Of a stretch of DNA of 64,000 nt, positions 51,311-64,000 are shown in pieces. The stretch lies in NCBI GenBank assembly GCA_964106645.2, contig OZ067047.1. One strand, written 5' to 3'. Source of the DNA: Podarcis pityusensis (Eukaryota). Every line of letters starts with the position of its first letter. Positions within the stretch are counted from its first letter, which is position 1. The translations under genes were made by a program, and so were the position numbers. The notes under the pieces were generated by a model, which saw nothing but the letters and a program-made list of their open reading frames with translations, ran no database searches and was not told the DNA's origin.

Positions 51311-53339
51311 GTAAATGAAGCCAGTTCTTTTTACAGAGGATTTTGCATTAGTTTTTTTTCATTTAAGAGTCAAAACGTTTAATTATGAGATGGGCTGAGG
51401 CTGCCATTCCTGAGGGGAAAAGAAAGTAGGCCTTAGCTGCCAACAACCCAACCCTATGCTTATTTATTCAGAAGTAAATTCCATTGCATTCAAGAGGACG
51501 TGCTCCCAAGTATGGGAGTGTAGAATTGTACAGCCCAAGGCTCCCAAACATACTTTTATTGAGGAGTAAGCTCCAGTAGGCACAGTGGGACTTCCTTCTG
51601 AGTAAGCCTTCCTGTGACTGCATTGTACATGTTACAAATTCTGAAATATTGAAAGCACAGTTATTTTATCTTCTGCCTTTTGGATGGGCGGTTGGTATCG
51701 CCGCTCCCACATTCTTTTCTACAAATAAGATATCCGATACTTATTTTAAAAAGGAAGGTTAGAAGCCCAAGACAGATGAAGTGATATTTTCTACTGGCCA
51801 ACTTTGTTGGTATATATGAATTTGTAGGTTTACTAACCAAAAATAATAAGACTTAAGATTCAAGTTCACTAATTAAATATCTGAAACAGTAAGTTTGCAA
51901 ACTTTCAAAGAGCTCTTTATCAGCAAATGGGGTCTGATATCATATTCTCCATTTTGTATCTTATATATACTTCCACCTGTCAGCTTTGTCTGGCAAATCA
52001 TAGTGCTTTTATGGGAGACTGACATGCCTGCAACTCTCACACCCATTGGTCAGCTGTGATCATTACCATTAGTCCAGGCACTCTCACTGAATCACTACAT
52101 GAGGCAGGAAGGAGACAGCAACAATTGTGTAAAAATAATGATGGTAACTCCAAATACCCGTGACAGCAGAGAACCCTTGGATCAGCAACGATCTGCTTCA
52201 GCACTGTGCAGATTGTAAGTTTCAATCACACTGATTCAGTAGGCTTGCCACTTGCCAAAACACTACAATTGCTCAGCTATGCTTCCGTCCATTAGCTCCA
52301 CTGACTTTCATTTCACACTTCAGGAAAAGAAACAATATTCAGGTAATTAGCTCTTTATCCCCTTAGATACTTTTATCCCTTTTAGCTTCATTGAACACAG
52401 TGCTTTTACACAGTGTTAAATGATCTTACTCCTGTTTTCCTTTTCCTTTCTTCTTTCTTTCTTTCGTTTCTTTTGTTTCTTTTTTTGTTTATCTCACTAT
52501 GCCCTTGGCTAGATGTACTCTGTATTAACAATGCATGCTTTTGGTGCTCAAAGTAAATAATGCAAAAATGCAGAATCGTATTTAATTTGGCATCATTCAT
52601 TCTGATTTCACTATTCTCAGAACTGGAAATATTTTGGCAGTGACTGGTGTGTCAAAAGACACTGCCTATGGCCATTTCAGGACCTTTGACAATATCTACC
52701 ACCACATTGTCAGACATTTTTCTCCAACCATAAGGGCTGAAAACCAGATTTTGAAAAATGATATTACTGGGGCCAAAATAGACCCTTCATGTTATATCAC
52801 CTGGACGTCCCATTTGAAACAGGGAAGGCCATGTCCAATGTTCAGAGAGGCAAACAAGACTGAGAGAACTGGCAAGGCAAGGAGGTCTTAGCCCTTTTCC
52901 TACCTCAGAAAGATGCTTCAGGCTGCTTCCTTCTCATCTCCTCCATGGGAGTTTAAGTGTGGCATAACACACTCTCAAATTGGCAGCAAGGGACACTTCA
53001 GTCCTTTACTTCCATTTCCTTTAGCTCATTTATGGAGTCAGAAGGTCTAGGTCTGGTCCCTGGTCCCTGTATGGGAGGCCAGTTTAGAACCTCATGTACC
53101 CTGCCTTGAGTTTCATAATGGGAAAAGGCAAGACATAACATGTAATAAATAAATAAATAAATAAATAGTCATTAAGGGTGGATGGGATCTGTGACTGTTT
53201 TGAAGGCCAGCTAGGAAGCTGCTGGGGAGCTAGAATGATTCCCCAGATTGCCAACTATGCATCTTACATGGCTAAACCATAGACCTTGCTCCTATAGGAG
53301 GCAGTATCTGCCACCAACTTACATGCATGAGAGAGAGAG

Positions 53340-53568
53340 AAGGTTGTTGATGGCTACTTGCCATGATGGCTATGCTCTGCCTCCATAGTTAGAGGCAGCA
53401 ATGAATACCTGTTGCAAGAAACCACAGGAAGGCCAAGTCCTGTTGTGCTCAGGTCCTGCTTAGGGGTTTTCCACAGGCATCTCGTTGGCCACTGCAAGAA
53501 CAGGATGTTGGACTAGACAGGCCATTGGCCTGATCCAGCAGGCTTTTCTTACATTCTCATGTTCTTAA
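53340..53568 (+). mobile_element. CR1-like LINE 3' end
   Basis: ggccattggcctgatccagcaggc followed by ttcttat-type tail; related copy at 37478-37617. Confidence 0.6.
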
Positions 53569-54964
53569 TTTACAAAAAGCACAAAACCTCCTCTCCTCTT
53601 TGAACTCAAGTGCCAGAGAATGTTAAGAATGTTTAAACACTATGAGCAGTGGTTCCATTTTTAAAATATATAAATAATTCCTTTCTTATTTCTCTTTTTA
53701 TTTTTTTCGTGTAACTGTAAAGTGGGAGCATCAAATAAAAATAATGTGCTTAAGGTTGGGTTTTTTTAAAAAGAAAGACTAAAAATGGGCCTGACTAACT
53801 CTGGCTCTCACTCTTCCTTCTCCATTTTCCATTCTCCTGTCGAATGCCTGGTCGTTTATCAAGTCTCCTGTCCCATGAGAAATAATGCCTCCTCCATCTT
53901 TGCATGTAGTGAAATGTCACCTGAAAGACAGCAGCTGGATAGGGGGATTTGCATGACTTGCAAAAGGCAGCTGCTCAAGAGAAATACTCAGTATTGATGT
54001 TTCCATTGCCCACCACTCGATTCCCATGGGTATCAAGCCAGGAGCAAACTGACAGAATTCCACTTGATGGATAAGTGGCTTGGGAAACGGGGATTACACA
54101 TACACTTTGGTTCTTAGGAGATAATTGCTAAAGAATGAATAATGGCATCCAAGAGGGCTTACCGAAGCAGCTATCTTCTATCTTGTCTATAAAAAAATAT
54201 GAACATGTGTTTGTCTGTTGGTTGGTTATTTGATTATCTCTTTGTGTGAATGAGGTGAGCCTGAAACTTTATCTCGAATTGTTACACATGAGACTTGTGC
54301 ATGATATCACATTCTTGCCTCCAGTGCCCTGCTATCTGATTCAACTTGTAACACTTTTTTAATTGTACTCCGGATTACAACTCTACAATTCTGTGGAATT
54401 CTTGCCTTCTGTTTGCTGCTCTGTCTGCGCAAACAAGAATCCCTTCTTTTCTTACACTGAGAACACATACCCACTTTTTATCATTTACAAATGAGGGAGT
54501 TATGCTACAGAGGCTATGAGTTTTAGATGTTCAGAGGGCAGCATCACACTGCTGCTGACAGATTCTCCCCCCCCCCCCAAGAGTACAGCCTTCAGGAGGA
54601 AAGGGCTCATCAGTGGAGTTTTAAACCCCACTTGTGTGAAACTATTGCTCTTCATAAAAATACTGAAGTTTCCACATTGTGAGGTGGGGGGTTCAAAATC
54701 AGATATATTTATTTTTTACTATATATAACATTTTGCAGTAATCTATCACTGAAATTATTAGGACATAGATGAGTGTGGCCAAGTCTCTGTCATCAAGGAG
54801 GGGATGCAGCCAGCTTAATCAGTTAAAGGCATTCCCAACCAGTGCCACCACTAGGGCACCCATGAGCAGCACCAGGCAGTACATTTACTTTTTCCAGGTG
54901 AGTTAACACTATCCAGAACAGGCACACATACTCCCTGTGTTTGGGTCCCTTGGACTGCCTGCCA

Positions 54965-55275
54965 TCATCACCCTATCTTTTCAGGATTCAACTTCAGTTC
55001 GTTCATCTGCATCCAGATCATAACTGCATCCAAGCTAGGACTCTTGACTGCTGGCATTAGGTTTGGTGTTAGCCAGGGGCCATCAGCACTCCAGTGACAC
55101 TGCACTCCAGAATGATTAATGTTCTCTGCCTGTAGCTGCATATAGATGTTTAAAAGCATTGGGGAGAAGGTGGCACCTTACAGCATTCCAGGCTCAGGGA
55201 GTAGCATCCACCCAAGGCTGCCCTCTGAACCTGCCTTCTCAGGCAGGATGAGAATCATTGCAAAACAGTGTCTTC
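54965..55275 (-). mobile_element. Old L2 reverse transcriptase fragment
   Basis: Minus strand gives LLNIYM, degraded YADD (SADG) and WMQMNELKLNPEK. Confidence 0.7.
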
Positions 55276-56951
55276 AGGTTATCTGCATCTGAAGGCATGT
55301 TTCCCTATCTGAAGAACTTGTGCTGCGTTGTTCTTCAAGCACCGGCAAAGCCTAGAAAGCACAATACTTCATTATTTCTTTAGAAGGCAGCTTCATTTGA
55401 TAATGTTGCATGGTGGAGGCTGCAAAGATTAAGCCATAGTGCATGAGGGGGGGGGGGTTTCACTCGAGGCAGTAATAAAATTTTCAGCACTTAAGTGATT
55501 GGGTTGAGTTTCCATATTCTGCACATTGACTCTTCAGGGGACAACCAAATTATCCATAACATTATTATTCTCAAAGATCTATGAACTCTGGCAGAACAAC
55601 TACTTCAAAATTAAATCCTTTCCATCCTGATAACCTTTTGCTTTATGTCTTTCCTTTTTCCTCCTCTTGTTTTTCAGACACAATCTTAGCAAACCATGTC
55701 GTAGTCAACCTTCCATGCTGTGAGCCAGGTGTACTGCAGAAGTGTGGAAGTGAAGTGCCTGATTTTGGCTGGGGAAGGGGTGGGCAGATAGGGAGTCTCT
55801 ACTAATTGGGCATTTGCTGCCCAGCCTGGCCACGGCGTGATCTCACACACACCCCTGTGTGGCCATGGGGAAATGCTCAGCACCTCACCAGGTTGGATCC
55901 TTAGCTGTTCAAGTACTCCATTAAAGGGGTCCGGGAAGGGGTGTTTTTGTCCAAGAGTCCACATGGGGACTAATGGACCATAGCACCCTTCCTAGTGGTG
56001 GCCATGGCAGGATTGTAACACCTGGTGCATGTCAGGGGATGACCCTCTGGTTAGGTTCGTCACTCCCCTGCCCCCACTTAACAACCAGCAGACTCACTGC
56101 TTGATACCAGATACATACCCAATGCCTTGGCATAAGCATACTTGCAATAAAGGTTGCAGACTATTTCAACCCAATATCAATGTTGTGTTTGTTATTTCGA
56201 TGGTTGGCCCTCACTTGGCCACTGACATCATGTGCCTGGGTATGCAATTGTGGTGCTCTCTGCTCCCTGCATCATACCTTGTTTGGAGGAACTGTTTATG
56301 CTCCCGGTTTAGGAGGAGCAACCCAGGAATCCTGCCCTTCAGTCACACCTTCTGAGTCAAGTTCAGTTTGGGGAGAACAAGTAGAAGATGGGTGTGCTTT
56401 CTTGATGCTCTCTGTTGACATTTCAACTTCCAGTTCAGACTGTCCACTTCAGGTTCAGACTATTCATTTCCAAAGTGTTTTTAGTATATACCACAATTGA
56501 AATTGCCACCTCCTTTTCTTATGTTGAATCTGGTAGCATTTTTCAGACTCTCTAATTTGTTGCTGCGTATTTGTTAAGCCACCTTTGGGGTTCTACTATG
56601 AGATGTCAGATCTGGCCATAATAATACATGCCTTAGTTACATCCCAGTTGGACCACTGTAAGACACTCTACATGGGGCTGCCATCATCCCTCCAACAAAT
56701 TGAATAGATTATCTGAATCATTTGTAAGAAGCACAAATGGCAGAGGTGTGTGTATGTGTATGTTTTCTCCCATGCTACTCTAATGGGGATTGAGTGGTGA
56801 TCACCCAAAATGGCAACTTTTGCACTTGCTGAACTGTCAAGCCCCACATTTAGGCAGCTCTGTATTCCCATAGGTCTCAGCTTGGTGATGCTTGTATCAC
56901 ACGCATTAGTTTGGCTTGACTTTGGTTTGTATGTTTGATTTTTTTTCTTAG

Positions 56952-57030
56952 GTGGGGAATCTTGGACTGCTCTTCATGCTCCTTTTTTTCATCTATGCTG
57001 CTCTAGGAGTAGAGCTCTTTGGGAAACTCA
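56952..57030 (+). CDS. CACNA1I: Exon ~30, DIV S5 ([26 protein letters not shown])
   Basis: tcttag|GTG ... A|gtaagt, 79 nt. Confidence 0.96.
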
Positions 57031-58127
57031 GTAAGTTTCTAGCACAGAGGTGGGTTACAAGATGGATGGAAGATTCCCATCATGCATTAGGGTTATTTTT
57101 TCCACATTAACCAGCAATTAACAGAATTTCTGAGTATCTCCAAGAATCTGTCATGACAGGGAATTTCTCTTGCATGGTTTGTTGCCCACAGTTAATCTAT
57201 TTCAAAGATGTGTGGCCTTTGCTTTCCAGTTACCCCAGTGAATTGTTTAAAAAAATAGTACCTCTGGGTATGCCCACTTGGGAAAATCAAGGACTATCTC
57301 AGCCCAACTCAACTGAAGCCCAGCTGTGCCCAAATTGACCCAATCTGTTTTAGGATTTGGGCTTTGGATGATTCCAGGGCACAGGGCACATACAGAAAAT
57401 GAGCTTGTATACGTTATTCTATTATTTAAGAAGAAATTATAGATGATTCCTGTACACACAGGAATCTTGGAGACTTCTGATCCCAAAATGATGGATTGAT
57501 AGATATTATTTATATATTTACCCACCTGCCATATACTGTGACCAGTCCTTTTGGAATTATTGGGCTGAAGCATGGAGTTCCTCAAAATTGAAGGTGTTGA
57601 GGATGTAACACTTGAACAACCAGTAGATGAAGTTGTAGCTGTTATCACTAAGTGAATTAGAAATTCAGTCATTTACTTTGTCACTCTCACTGGCTCTAAC
57701 ATCTGGCTCCAATACATTTGCTGACTGAAGCTTATGCATCCTAATAGGCCATCAGTTTTAATGAGCAATGCAAAGACAGCATTTTTGCACAGTAGCATCC
57801 AGAAGTAATGTAGGAATATAGTTTGGATCTTCCAAATGTAATAATGGAAGGCAGACATTTGGAAAGTAGCTTGACATAAAATATTGCAAGAACAAGATTT
57901 GTGGGTGTATGCATGTGTGTGTCCTGATAAATATGGGAACTCATCAGATTTTTGTCATTTTGGCCATTTCAGCTTGTTGGCCAGTAACAGTATGCAAAAG
58001 CTATTTTTATGTGGACTTGGATATAAAGTTACAATTAATATTACAAAGAACTGCTTTTTCATCTCTTGCCTTTCATTGGAATATAGCCAATGGTTCACTT
58101 TTTCTCCTATAAATCACTTCTTTCCAG

Positions 58128-58249
58128 TTTGCAACGACGAGAACCCCTGTGAGGGTATGAGCCGTCATGCCACCTTTGAGAACTTTGGGATGGCCTTCCT
58201 CACACTTTTCCAGGTCTCCACTGGTGATAACTGGAATGGAATCATGAAG
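58128..58249 (+). CDS. CACNA1I: Exon ~31, DIV pore loop (CNDENPCEG...[12 protein letters not shown])
   Basis: ttccag|TT ... AAG|gtaact, 122 nt, filter Asp. Confidence 0.96.
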
Positions 58250-59189
58250 GTAACTTGGGCCACTGTTGGAAATATGTCTTTGGTCCCAATGAATTACATC
58301 CTGAAATGGAAACAGACCGGCACTTATTAGAAGTTGTGTGTGTGTGAGGATAGAGAAAAGAGTAGGATTGAATAATGTTGCAAACATCTAATCTGTGGCT
58401 GGGTGTAGAAGTGTTGGTGCTTCCCGGGAGGAAGGAACCTGAACAGATCGCAGCTTGGCACATAGAGCTCACCTCAGGACAGGTGGTGAATTTTCATAGT
58501 ATTATCAGAGCTTGTATAGAATCTGAGTTTCTGAACCAGAAGCTGACAAGAAGAAAGGAAAGAGAATTGAGAAATTGGAACAAGTCCTTCTCACCATATT
58601 ACACATTCTCTAGTATTTTATAAAAAACTGTCTGTAGCAATGCAACCACTCCCTGTGTGGAATGGGGTTCTTTCATTAAGATGTAAAAGCTAAAAAATAT
58701 AAAAAGCTGGTTTTAGAGTAATGTATGAATATGAAATCCGATAAGGCCCTATGAAAGACACTCCGCCATATGCCTGCCCTGGTTTTGACCCATGCCCTTC
58801 TGCCGTGACAAGAGATAAACCAGAACGGCGGCAGTGAGGCCCATGAGTGAACTCTCCAGAGCAGGCAGGGCAAGAATCCTCCTTACCTTCGTAACCCTGC
58901 GCATAGTTTCTAGTCACTTAAACAAATAGCATTTGAGGCCAAATCCCTAACTCTATAAAATTTATTTTGTAAGAGCAAACATATTAACACCAGTTAGGCT
59001 TGTGCAGAGCTTGCCTGAGGCCTGGGGCGAGAGTCTTGTTGGAATAAAGTTATAAACTCAAACAAAAAGGCAGCTGGTCCCTGGCAGGGGCCCCCGGGGC
59101 AAGTGTACCTGGCTGCCCCCAACCCTCTGCATGGGCCTGACAGCAGTGTTCCTGTTTATATGTACTGAAATAAATAAGCCCTTCTCCAG

Positions 59190-59563
59190 CTGCCCCCACC
59201 AAGTGAGCTGCAGTTGTTGACTACTGTGGAAAGGGCCTTTTCAGTGGTGGCACCCTAGTTATGGAATGGCTACTCCAGAGATGCTCGCCTGGTGCCTTGC
59301 TTATATTCTTTTCAGTGCCAGGTGAAGACATTCTTATCTTCCTGGGTTTTTTAGATCTTTGTACTTTTAATCCACTGAATCTTAGATCTGCCTTTAGTGA
59401 TGCTTTACACCTTCTGGTGTTTTACTTGCTACCACTGACTTTTTTTGTTGTTTTATTGATGACTGATGGATGCCATTGCCATTTTATGTTTTATCGTAAG
59501 CAGTCTAGAAAACTGTGTCATTGGGTGGCATAGAAATCATGTAAGTAGATAGACAGACGGACA
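59190..59563 (+). mobile_element. Old L2 3' fragment
   Basis: agggccttttcagtggtggcaccc (RAFSVVAP) with tetranucleotide tail. Confidence 0.6.
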
Positions 59564-59885
59564 GCCCATTAGGAGTAAACTGGAATTGACATTTCATTGG
59601 CATGCTAGAAAAGGCCAGCCAACTCAACTGATTTCCTGTGATTCCAGGAAACTTTGGAATTAGAGAGGAGAGGAGAGTTCTGTGTCCAGAAGCTTTGCCT
59701 GTTAAAGGTGCCATCTTGCCATCTTTGTCTGTATACTTTGTCTGAGAGAGCAACCACATTTGCATTCATTACTTCAGCCTTTTCTCTCTTCTTTCTCTCT
59801 GTATGTTGTATGTGTTGTGGGGTTTCTGTTTGGTTTTCTTTGAGGGTGTTTTCTTCCTCATTTGTGGCCTAACGTGTTCCTCAAG

Positions 59886-60206
59886 GACACACTGCGTGAA
59901 TGCACTCATGACGACCGGAGCTGTCTCAGCAACCTGCAGTTCATCTCGCCACTCTACTTTGTCAGCTTCGTGCTCACCGCCCAGTTTGTCCTCATCAATG
60001 TAGTAGTAGCTGTGCTTATGAAACACCTGGACGACAGCAACAAGGAAGCACAAGAGGATGCAGAAATGGATGCTGAGATTGAGCTGGAGATGGCCCATGG
60101 GCTCTGCTCCCGTAACTGTGGTTCACCGAGTGCTGGACACGATGGAGGAGGTGGGAGATTGGATCCTGGAGGACAGCTGTGCATGGCATGTTACTCTCCT
60201 GCACAG
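59886..60206 (+). CDS. CACNA1I: Exon ~32, DIV S6 and proximal C-terminus ([10 protein letters not shown]...CYSPAQ)
   Basis: ctcaag|GAC ... CAG|gtaggt, 321 nt. Confidence 0.95.
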
Positions 60207-60784
60207 GTAGGTGGCGGTGTTTGGTTGTTGTTGTTGCTTAATTGCAAGACTTTGGCACATTGATGTGGGTAGGAGAAGGGCAGCTTAGGTGGTTGCAGAA
60301 CCTGATGGTGGAAAAAGGTGTGTGTAGAACTATATGGCCGGCTGGCATTCAGTTCTAGGATGGGTGTTTGGACGAATTGTCAGTCACATGGAGCCAGAAC
60401 TTGGAACAGCAAAGGGTGCTCTGTAGAACTGAGACCAGTGTTCTTTGAGGAATTCAAAACTGGAATGAGAAGGGATTTAAGTGCGTGTGTGGAGGTGTGT
60501 TAGCAAAGCACAAGGGGTACTGCAGGGCAAGGTTGAGGAACACTTGCAGCCTTGGACATGAAGCTTCTGTGGTGCCTCTCTACACATGGCCAGTTAGTCA
60601 TATGAGCCCCTCCCTTTCACATCATCAAGCAGGGCCACATTCTGCCTACTTTACTTGCATTTTGTAAGACCATACAACCTCTTTTAGCCTTCTGGATATA
60701 CTCACGCAGAAGAACACTGAAACAAACAAAAACTTGGAATTCTTAAAATTATTTCTCCCATCCTCCCCCTTTCTTGTCCCCTAG

Positions 60785-60931
60785 GAGAACTTATGGCTGG
60801 ACAGTGTCTCTTTAATTATTAAGGACTCCTTCGACGGGGAGTTAATGATCATCGATAACCTATCGGGCTCCGTCTTCCATCATTACTCCTCGCCGGCCAT
60901 GTGCGAGAAGTGTAACCATGACAAGCAAGAG
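60785..60931 (+). CDS. CACNA1I: Exon ~33, C-terminus (ENLWLDSVSLIIKDSFDGE...CNHDKQE)
   Basis: ccctag|GAG ... GAG|gtaacc, 147 nt; internal AAG acceptor at 60821-60823. Confidence 0.94.
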
Positions 60932-62980
60932 GTAACCTGCGTGCGAGGATATGGGAGGGGGACCCCCCCACACGTGCGAGAACACACCCGCACCCTGAGG
61001 CCTTTGAGATCTCCCTGAGATGGTCTCCTGGTGATAGGTGACTTAGACTTGAAGCTTTGAGTTTTGTTACTGAAGTGCGTTCTTGAAGTGAAGTCCTTGT
61101 CAGGAGGAAATGCATATTTGTATCAGCAGAAGGCTGAATGAAGAGACAGCTGGACCAATGAGGCTGGCAGAAAAGTATAGGTAGATAGACAGAGCAAGGA
61201 GAAATCATGGAGGCAGAGTTCAATTTTTCACAAGGAGAAAATAGGTTGTAGACGCTGTATCGTCTCACTGTTTTCAAGGTTCAGCTATCAGTTCAACAAG
61301 GCATTTGCCTGATCAGTTTTAAGCCCAGTTCTACTCTTCAGTTTTCCATTTAAGATGATGAGACTTAGGCATGTTGTTCAGTATTAAATATCTTCTGGTT
61401 TCTGTGGAGCAAAATTTCCAGTGAAAGTGTAGTTCATAAGTAAAATCCATTTTTAAAACATGAAGATATTGGTTAATCCTCACTTTGTCTGTTCATCTTG
61501 TTGGCAAATGGCTTATTGTGGACCCTTTGGTGTATGATTAAAATTGCTGCTGGAAGACATAGAAAGAGGCTACAATGGGAGCAATAAGATTTTGACTCTA
61601 GGTGTTAGCAACTGTTGTAGGTAGCTGCTACAGAAATGGTCAGGGAGATGTCAAGAAACTCATGTCATTCTTGCAGGTACCATAACCATCCACTGTCATT
61701 TCTCTCCATTTAATTTAAATGTCTTAGTTGCATTGATTTCAAAGAGTTTGAGAAGTCTTTGACCTGTGAACAAAGATTATCAGTAGTAGTTTACTATCAT
61801 ATCTAAGAAGTCAGATTGGCTCCATATACTAGATATACATACTAGATTTTATATATATATTAACAACGCACTACATTTGTATCTTCTTGATCATTAGCGG
61901 CCAAAACTTTTGTTTTGTATTAAAAAGTACATTACAACAAGACCATAAAATGAATAAGTACATTACCATAAACACCATAAAATGAATAATCAAGTTTACA
62001 GAGAATCATAGAACTCAGTATCCTAGGTCTGGATTGAGTGAGCCCCTGAGACTGTAAACAAAAAATATGCATCCTTTAATTTTAGCTCCAGTAATCCATC
62101 CCCTTCAATTTGTTAGTGCACTGCTGCTGGAGTAAAAAGGGGAGAGGGGAAATCATATACATATATACAAACTTTAATGTGCCTATTCAAGACATTGATA
62201 ATAACTACAGAATAGCACACAAGCCAGAGAAAACTCTGCACTCTCAAGTCCCGTAGTAATAAAATGTTTAACTGTGCATTTAGTTTGATTTCTATATAAC
62301 TCAGTGTCTTTTTTTTTTAACATTATTTGTTTCCTGCTAATCTCTATGTAGGGAAAAGTGTGTGCACTAAAAAGTTTTACATGTATTAAGAGTGTTTTTC
62401 ATAGAGAAAAGAAGCAAATGCACAGGCACCAAATCATTGTACTTGTGGCCAATAGTAATGATAATGTGCACCACATTTCAGATCCATATTTCCTCCAAGG
62501 AGATCATCTTCATGTAAGAAAAGTGAAGCATAAGGGGCATTCCTTAACATTATCTGGCTTATTCCCATATATTTCCAGTCATAAATATTTGAAATCAAGT
62601 GCTGGCCTGAGTTGCACAAACAAATCAGCAGTTGCCTGGGGTAGTAATATTTTTCAAATGGTGAACCATCTGAGAACCCAAAAGCCTCCTGAAACATCCA
62701 GGTATCTGTAAGCCAAATTGAATTTTAATAGGACTTGTAAGGCATGTCTTGTCCTAGGATTGTGCTATAAGTAGTCATGCTGACCTAGCAAAGTTCATAA
62801 GTATCCCTTTAACTCTCAGCTACAATGTTTAGTCCAGTGGATGCTTCAGAATGACCCAGAAGCTTACAATTAATGAACCACATCCATTAGGTTATTTGAC
62901 CCCAGTAAGGAGCTTGACGTAGTCCCAGAAACTGTGGATTAGAATTTCTGTTGCTCTGGGGCACCATCTGAAAACAAGTA

Positions 62981-63200
62981 CAGTGGGTTAAGTACTTAAT
63001 TCATTCCGGAGGTCCGAACTTAACCTGAAACTGTTCCTAACCTGAAGCACCACTTTAGCTAATGGGGCCTCCCGCTGCTGCACGATTTCTGTTCTCATCC
63101 TGAAGCAAAGTTCTTAACCCGAGGTACTATTTCTGGGTTAGCGGAGTCTATAACCTGAAGCATATGTAACCTGAAGCGTATGTAACCCAAGGTACCACTG
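62981..63200. mobile_element. Tigger-like MITE, inverted sister of 38619-38833
   Basis: TA TSD both sides; left TIR carries a small deletion. Confidence 0.85.
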
Positions 63201-64000
63201 TAACTGAACTAGGGAAGTCTGTGGATTGCTTCCACAAATGCACAACCCATTCCTTACATGTATTTCAACTATGCATAAAGGAAAGTGGCCTGAAAATTTC
63301 CAGGAAAGTGATGTTTTACGCTCTGGAAACAGATGTAAATCTGAGAAATACCTGGCAATATTCCTGGGACCTGCTTGGCCATTCATACATTTTAAACCTG
63401 CGTCTGACCACTTCCACATTAGAGATGCCTATCGTTCCAGCCATTCCCCTGCAAGCATTTTCAAAACATTATCTGAGAACCCTGAGACCCATTATCTGAG
63501 AAATCTGAGAAGTGTGATGTCAGGAATGGCTCTAAGCAAAGTTGAATGGGATCCTGATCAAGGGCAAAATAGACTGGGAAGCTCTCCTGGGCAAGACACA
63601 AATTTGAAATGACTCAGAACTCCATAAGAGCAAAGTAGCACTCTTGTGTCACTTCCATTTGTTTCAGAGTGACTGGCTGAATGGATTGTGCCCAAATCTC
63701 CCCTTTATGTTCCATAAACCACTAGACTTTGCCAGCTAAATGAGCTACATGGATGATGGTGGCCATTGCATTTTTCATTTGCTGTGGTCAAAAGGCTGCG
63801 CATCTTGTAGGATTGATGCATGAAACCCTAATTTTTATTATTTTAAGAAGCCCTGTTTACAATAGAATATTTTAATTATGATGTTTCCTTTTCATAGAAT
63901 CATACTCAAATTATGTTGCATTTTAGTCCAATACATTTTTAGGCGATAAAAGATAATACAGAGAGAGAAATAACAGAAATTATTGCAGGGTTTGTCCACC

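Larger units (their letters stand above)
11381..60931 (+). other. CACNA1I: CACNA1I (Cav3.3 alpha-1I) partial gene span, 23 coding exons; gene extends beyond both window ends
   Basis: Spliced translation matches Cav3.3-specific sequence ([67 protein letters not shown]); all introns GT-AG and phases consistent. Confidence 0.97.

Noticed and set aside
1-64000. Most of the 60-170 aa ORFs in the supplied track
   Set aside because: Many use TTG/GTG starts, overlap repeats or are antisense or off-frame to exons; they show no domain features

Overview
Vertebrate genomic DNA. The repeat content points to a squamate reptile, probably a lizard; this is inference. The window lies inside one + strand gene, the T-type voltage-gated calcium channel CACNA1I (Cav3.3). 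I traced 23 consecutive GT-AG coding exons between 11381 and 60931. They total 3438 nt (1146 codons), have consistent phases and no stops, and correspond to human exons ~11-33, from domain II S2 to the proximal C-terminus. The pore loops read TQEDW, SKDGW and TGDNW, matching the T-type EEDD filter. The introns hold a full-length, recently inactivated 6.2-kb L1 in sense orientation, L2 and CR1 fragments, tRNA-derived SINEs, hAT and Tc1/mariner MITEs (some nested, with perfect TSDs), solo-LTR-like elements and microsatellites. I see no clear evidence of a wholly new biological system. The best leads concern splicing: (1) a diverged exon-34-like candidate terminal exon; (2) an intron-33 read-through that encodes the channel's own S4 motif RTLRPLR; (3) a distant branch point plus a possible Cav3.1-like alternative donor in the III-IV linker; (4) inverted MITEs bracketing the two domain III pore exons; (5) a candidate poison exon. 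Human exon numbers and sequences are recalled from memory, not looked up. Almost all short ORFs in the supplied track are spurious.
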